Shown in pieces: positions 62,632 through 64,000 of a stretch of 64,000 nt of DNA; the first letter of the stretch is position 1; each line of letters starts with the position of its first letter. A program made the translations under genes and the position numbers. Source of the stretch: an uncultured Candidatus Rokubacteria bacterium (GTDB taxonomy: Bacteria > Methylomirabilota > Methylomirabilia > Rokubacteriales > CSP1-6). The stretch lies in the NCBI GenBank assembly GCA_963762145.1, contig CAVXJS010000011.1, positions 704,001 through 768,000 on the forward strand. Reading direction: 5' to 3'. A model generated the notes under the pieces. It was given only the letters and a program-made list of their open reading frames with translations, ran no database searches and was not told the origin of the DNA.

Positions 62632-62720
62632 GCCGGGGTGGCGGAACTGGGAGACGCAGCGAACTTAAAATTCGCTGGTCCGTAAGGGCCGTGGGGGTTC
62701 GATTCCCTCCCTCGGCACCA
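62632..62720 (+). tRNA. tRNA-Leu(TAA)
   Basis: GCCGGGG acceptor stem, anticodon loop CTTAAAA, long variable arm, ACCA end; classic Gly-Cys-Leu cluster. Confidence 0.96.
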
Positions 62721-62756
62721 GAAGTCGAAGCGCACTCAAGCACGGAGGCAATCAAG

Positions 62757-63212
62757 GTGGAAACCTTGAAGGTAGTCCGGAAGACCTTCACGATGTTGAG
62801 CGAGAAGCGGACCCAGGTCCTGGACATCACCAAGCAGATCCGGGACATCGTGCTGGGCGCCGACATCAAGGAGGGCATCATTCTGGTCAACTCCCTCCAC
62901 ACCACCTGCGCGCTCTTCGTCAACGAGTTCCAGGGCGCGCTCGTCGACGACCTCAAGACCATGATGGAGCGGCTGGTCGCCGACAATGCGGGCTACAAGC
63001 ACGACGATCCGCGCTTCTCCGACTGCGAGCGAGGCAACGCGACCTCGCACCTTCGGGCCGCGCTGCTCGGGCGGAGCGTGGCGGTGGGGATCAGCGGCGG
63101 CGAGCTCTCGCTGGGCCGCTTCCAGTCGATCCTGTTCGCCGAGCTCGATGGCCCGCGGCCGCGGAGCATCGACATCCAGATCATGGGGGTCGGCCCGATA
63201 GCCGGGAACTAG
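62757..63212 (+). CDS. yjbQ: YjbQ/UPF0047 family protein
   Basis: HTTCALFVNE, NATSHL, LGRFQSILFAELDGPRPR; start uncertain. Confidence 0.88.
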   Translation: METLKVVRKTFTMLSEKRTQVLDITKQIRDIVLGADIKEGIILVNSLHTTCALFVNEFQGALVDDLKTMMERLVADNAGYKHDDPRFSDCERGNATSHLRAALLGRSVAVGISGGELSLGRFQSILFAELDGPRPRSIDIQIMGVGPIAGN

Positions 63213-63394
63213 CGCACCCGCCGCGCCGCTGGATGTCCGCGGCCTGGGCGCGAGCGCGCCGGGCCATGGTCTGAGCCCCCGGCTTTACGATGCGAGGGCT
63301 CAGAATGGCCTTCGAGTCCCTAAGCGAAGCGTCGGTTGACCGGACGCACCGCGTTCCTGCTCCGCGAATCCGCCGTGGTAGACTTACCCTCCGT

Positions 63395-64000
63395 ATGTCC
63401 TGGAAACTCAAGAAGAAGGCTCAGGATCTGGTCGCCTCGGAAGAGGGCGTGGTCCGCAAGGATTGGGGCGGCCGCGTCACCATCGCGCTGGTGTACCCGA
63501 ACACGTACGCGGTCGGCATGTCCAACCTGGGCTTCCAGACCATCTACAGCCACCTCAACGCCCTCCCGAACGTGGTCTGCGAGCGCGTCTTCTTCCCGGA
63601 CCCCGAGGACGTCGACGAGTACGGGCGCACCGGGACGGCCCCCTTCTCGCTCGAGTCCCACCGGCCGCTGACCGACTTCAACCTGGTCGGCTTCTCGATG
63701 ACCTACGAGGGCGACTACATCAACGCGGTGCGGATGCTGCGGATGGCGGAGCTTCCGCTGCGGGCCGCGGATCGGGGAGCCCGGGGATCCGGTGGTGATG
63801 ATGGGCGGGCGTGTGCGCCTTCTCCAACCCCGAGCCCATCGCCCCCTTCATGGACTTCGTGGTGGTCGGGGAAGGCGAGGAAGTGGTGGGAGAGATCGTC
63901 ACCGCCTGGCTCGAGAGCGAGCCCGGCGACGACGGCAGCCGCCGCCGCTTCATCGACCGGCTGAAGCCGCTGGCCGGCATCTACGTTCCCGACGCGTACC
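63395..64000 (+). CDS. B12-binding/radical SAM family protein, N-terminal part (truncated by window; indels near 63776 and 63808)
   Basis: ALVYPNTYAVGMSNLGFQ, CERVF, FSLES, NPEPIAPFMD...GEGEE. Confidence 0.8.

Noticed and set aside
62427-63212. tRNA cluster as an island integration site
   Set aside because: No duplicated tRNA 3' end, integrase or compositional shift downstream.

Overview
High-GC chromosomal window of a bacterium; composition and gene order suggest Candidatus Rokubacteria/Methylomirabilota or a similar lineage (inference). Almost all genes are on the + strand. In order: pdxS-peroxiredoxin-pdxT; a divergent MOSC / CGNR zinc-finger pair; an oxalate-oxidoreductase-like 2-oxoacid:ferredoxin oxidoreductase operon with tctCBA, a TerC-family gene and a FadR/GntR regulator; ppdK-ilvBNC-psd-pssA-leuB-asd-truA; a selenocysteine formate dehydrogenase operon with an NrfD-type anchor plus fdhD/fdhE; hemX-like-hemACDB, an Rrf2-cysK-ubiquitin-like-JAMM block and hemL; an alternative complex III operon lacking actA; moeA; yeeE; cpoB; dprA-topA-xerC-hslVU-argBDFG-comB-pgsA-plsY-gpsA-galT; tRNA-Gly/Cys/Leu; yjbQ; and a partial radical SAM gene. 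Many single-base indels in housekeeping genes look like assembly errors. The strongest lead is an apparently CoA-independent OOR-like enzyme whose promoter shares a FadR-type operator (TGGTC-N-GACCA) with the formate dehydrogenase promoter 19 kb away, suggesting a C2-acid-to-formate-to-CO2 regulon. Other leads are a REP-like repeat that supplies gene tails, a candidate CGNR operator, a ubiquitin-like protein with a duplicated GG tail, and the ActA-less ACIII. No CRISPR array, rRNA or transposase was seen.
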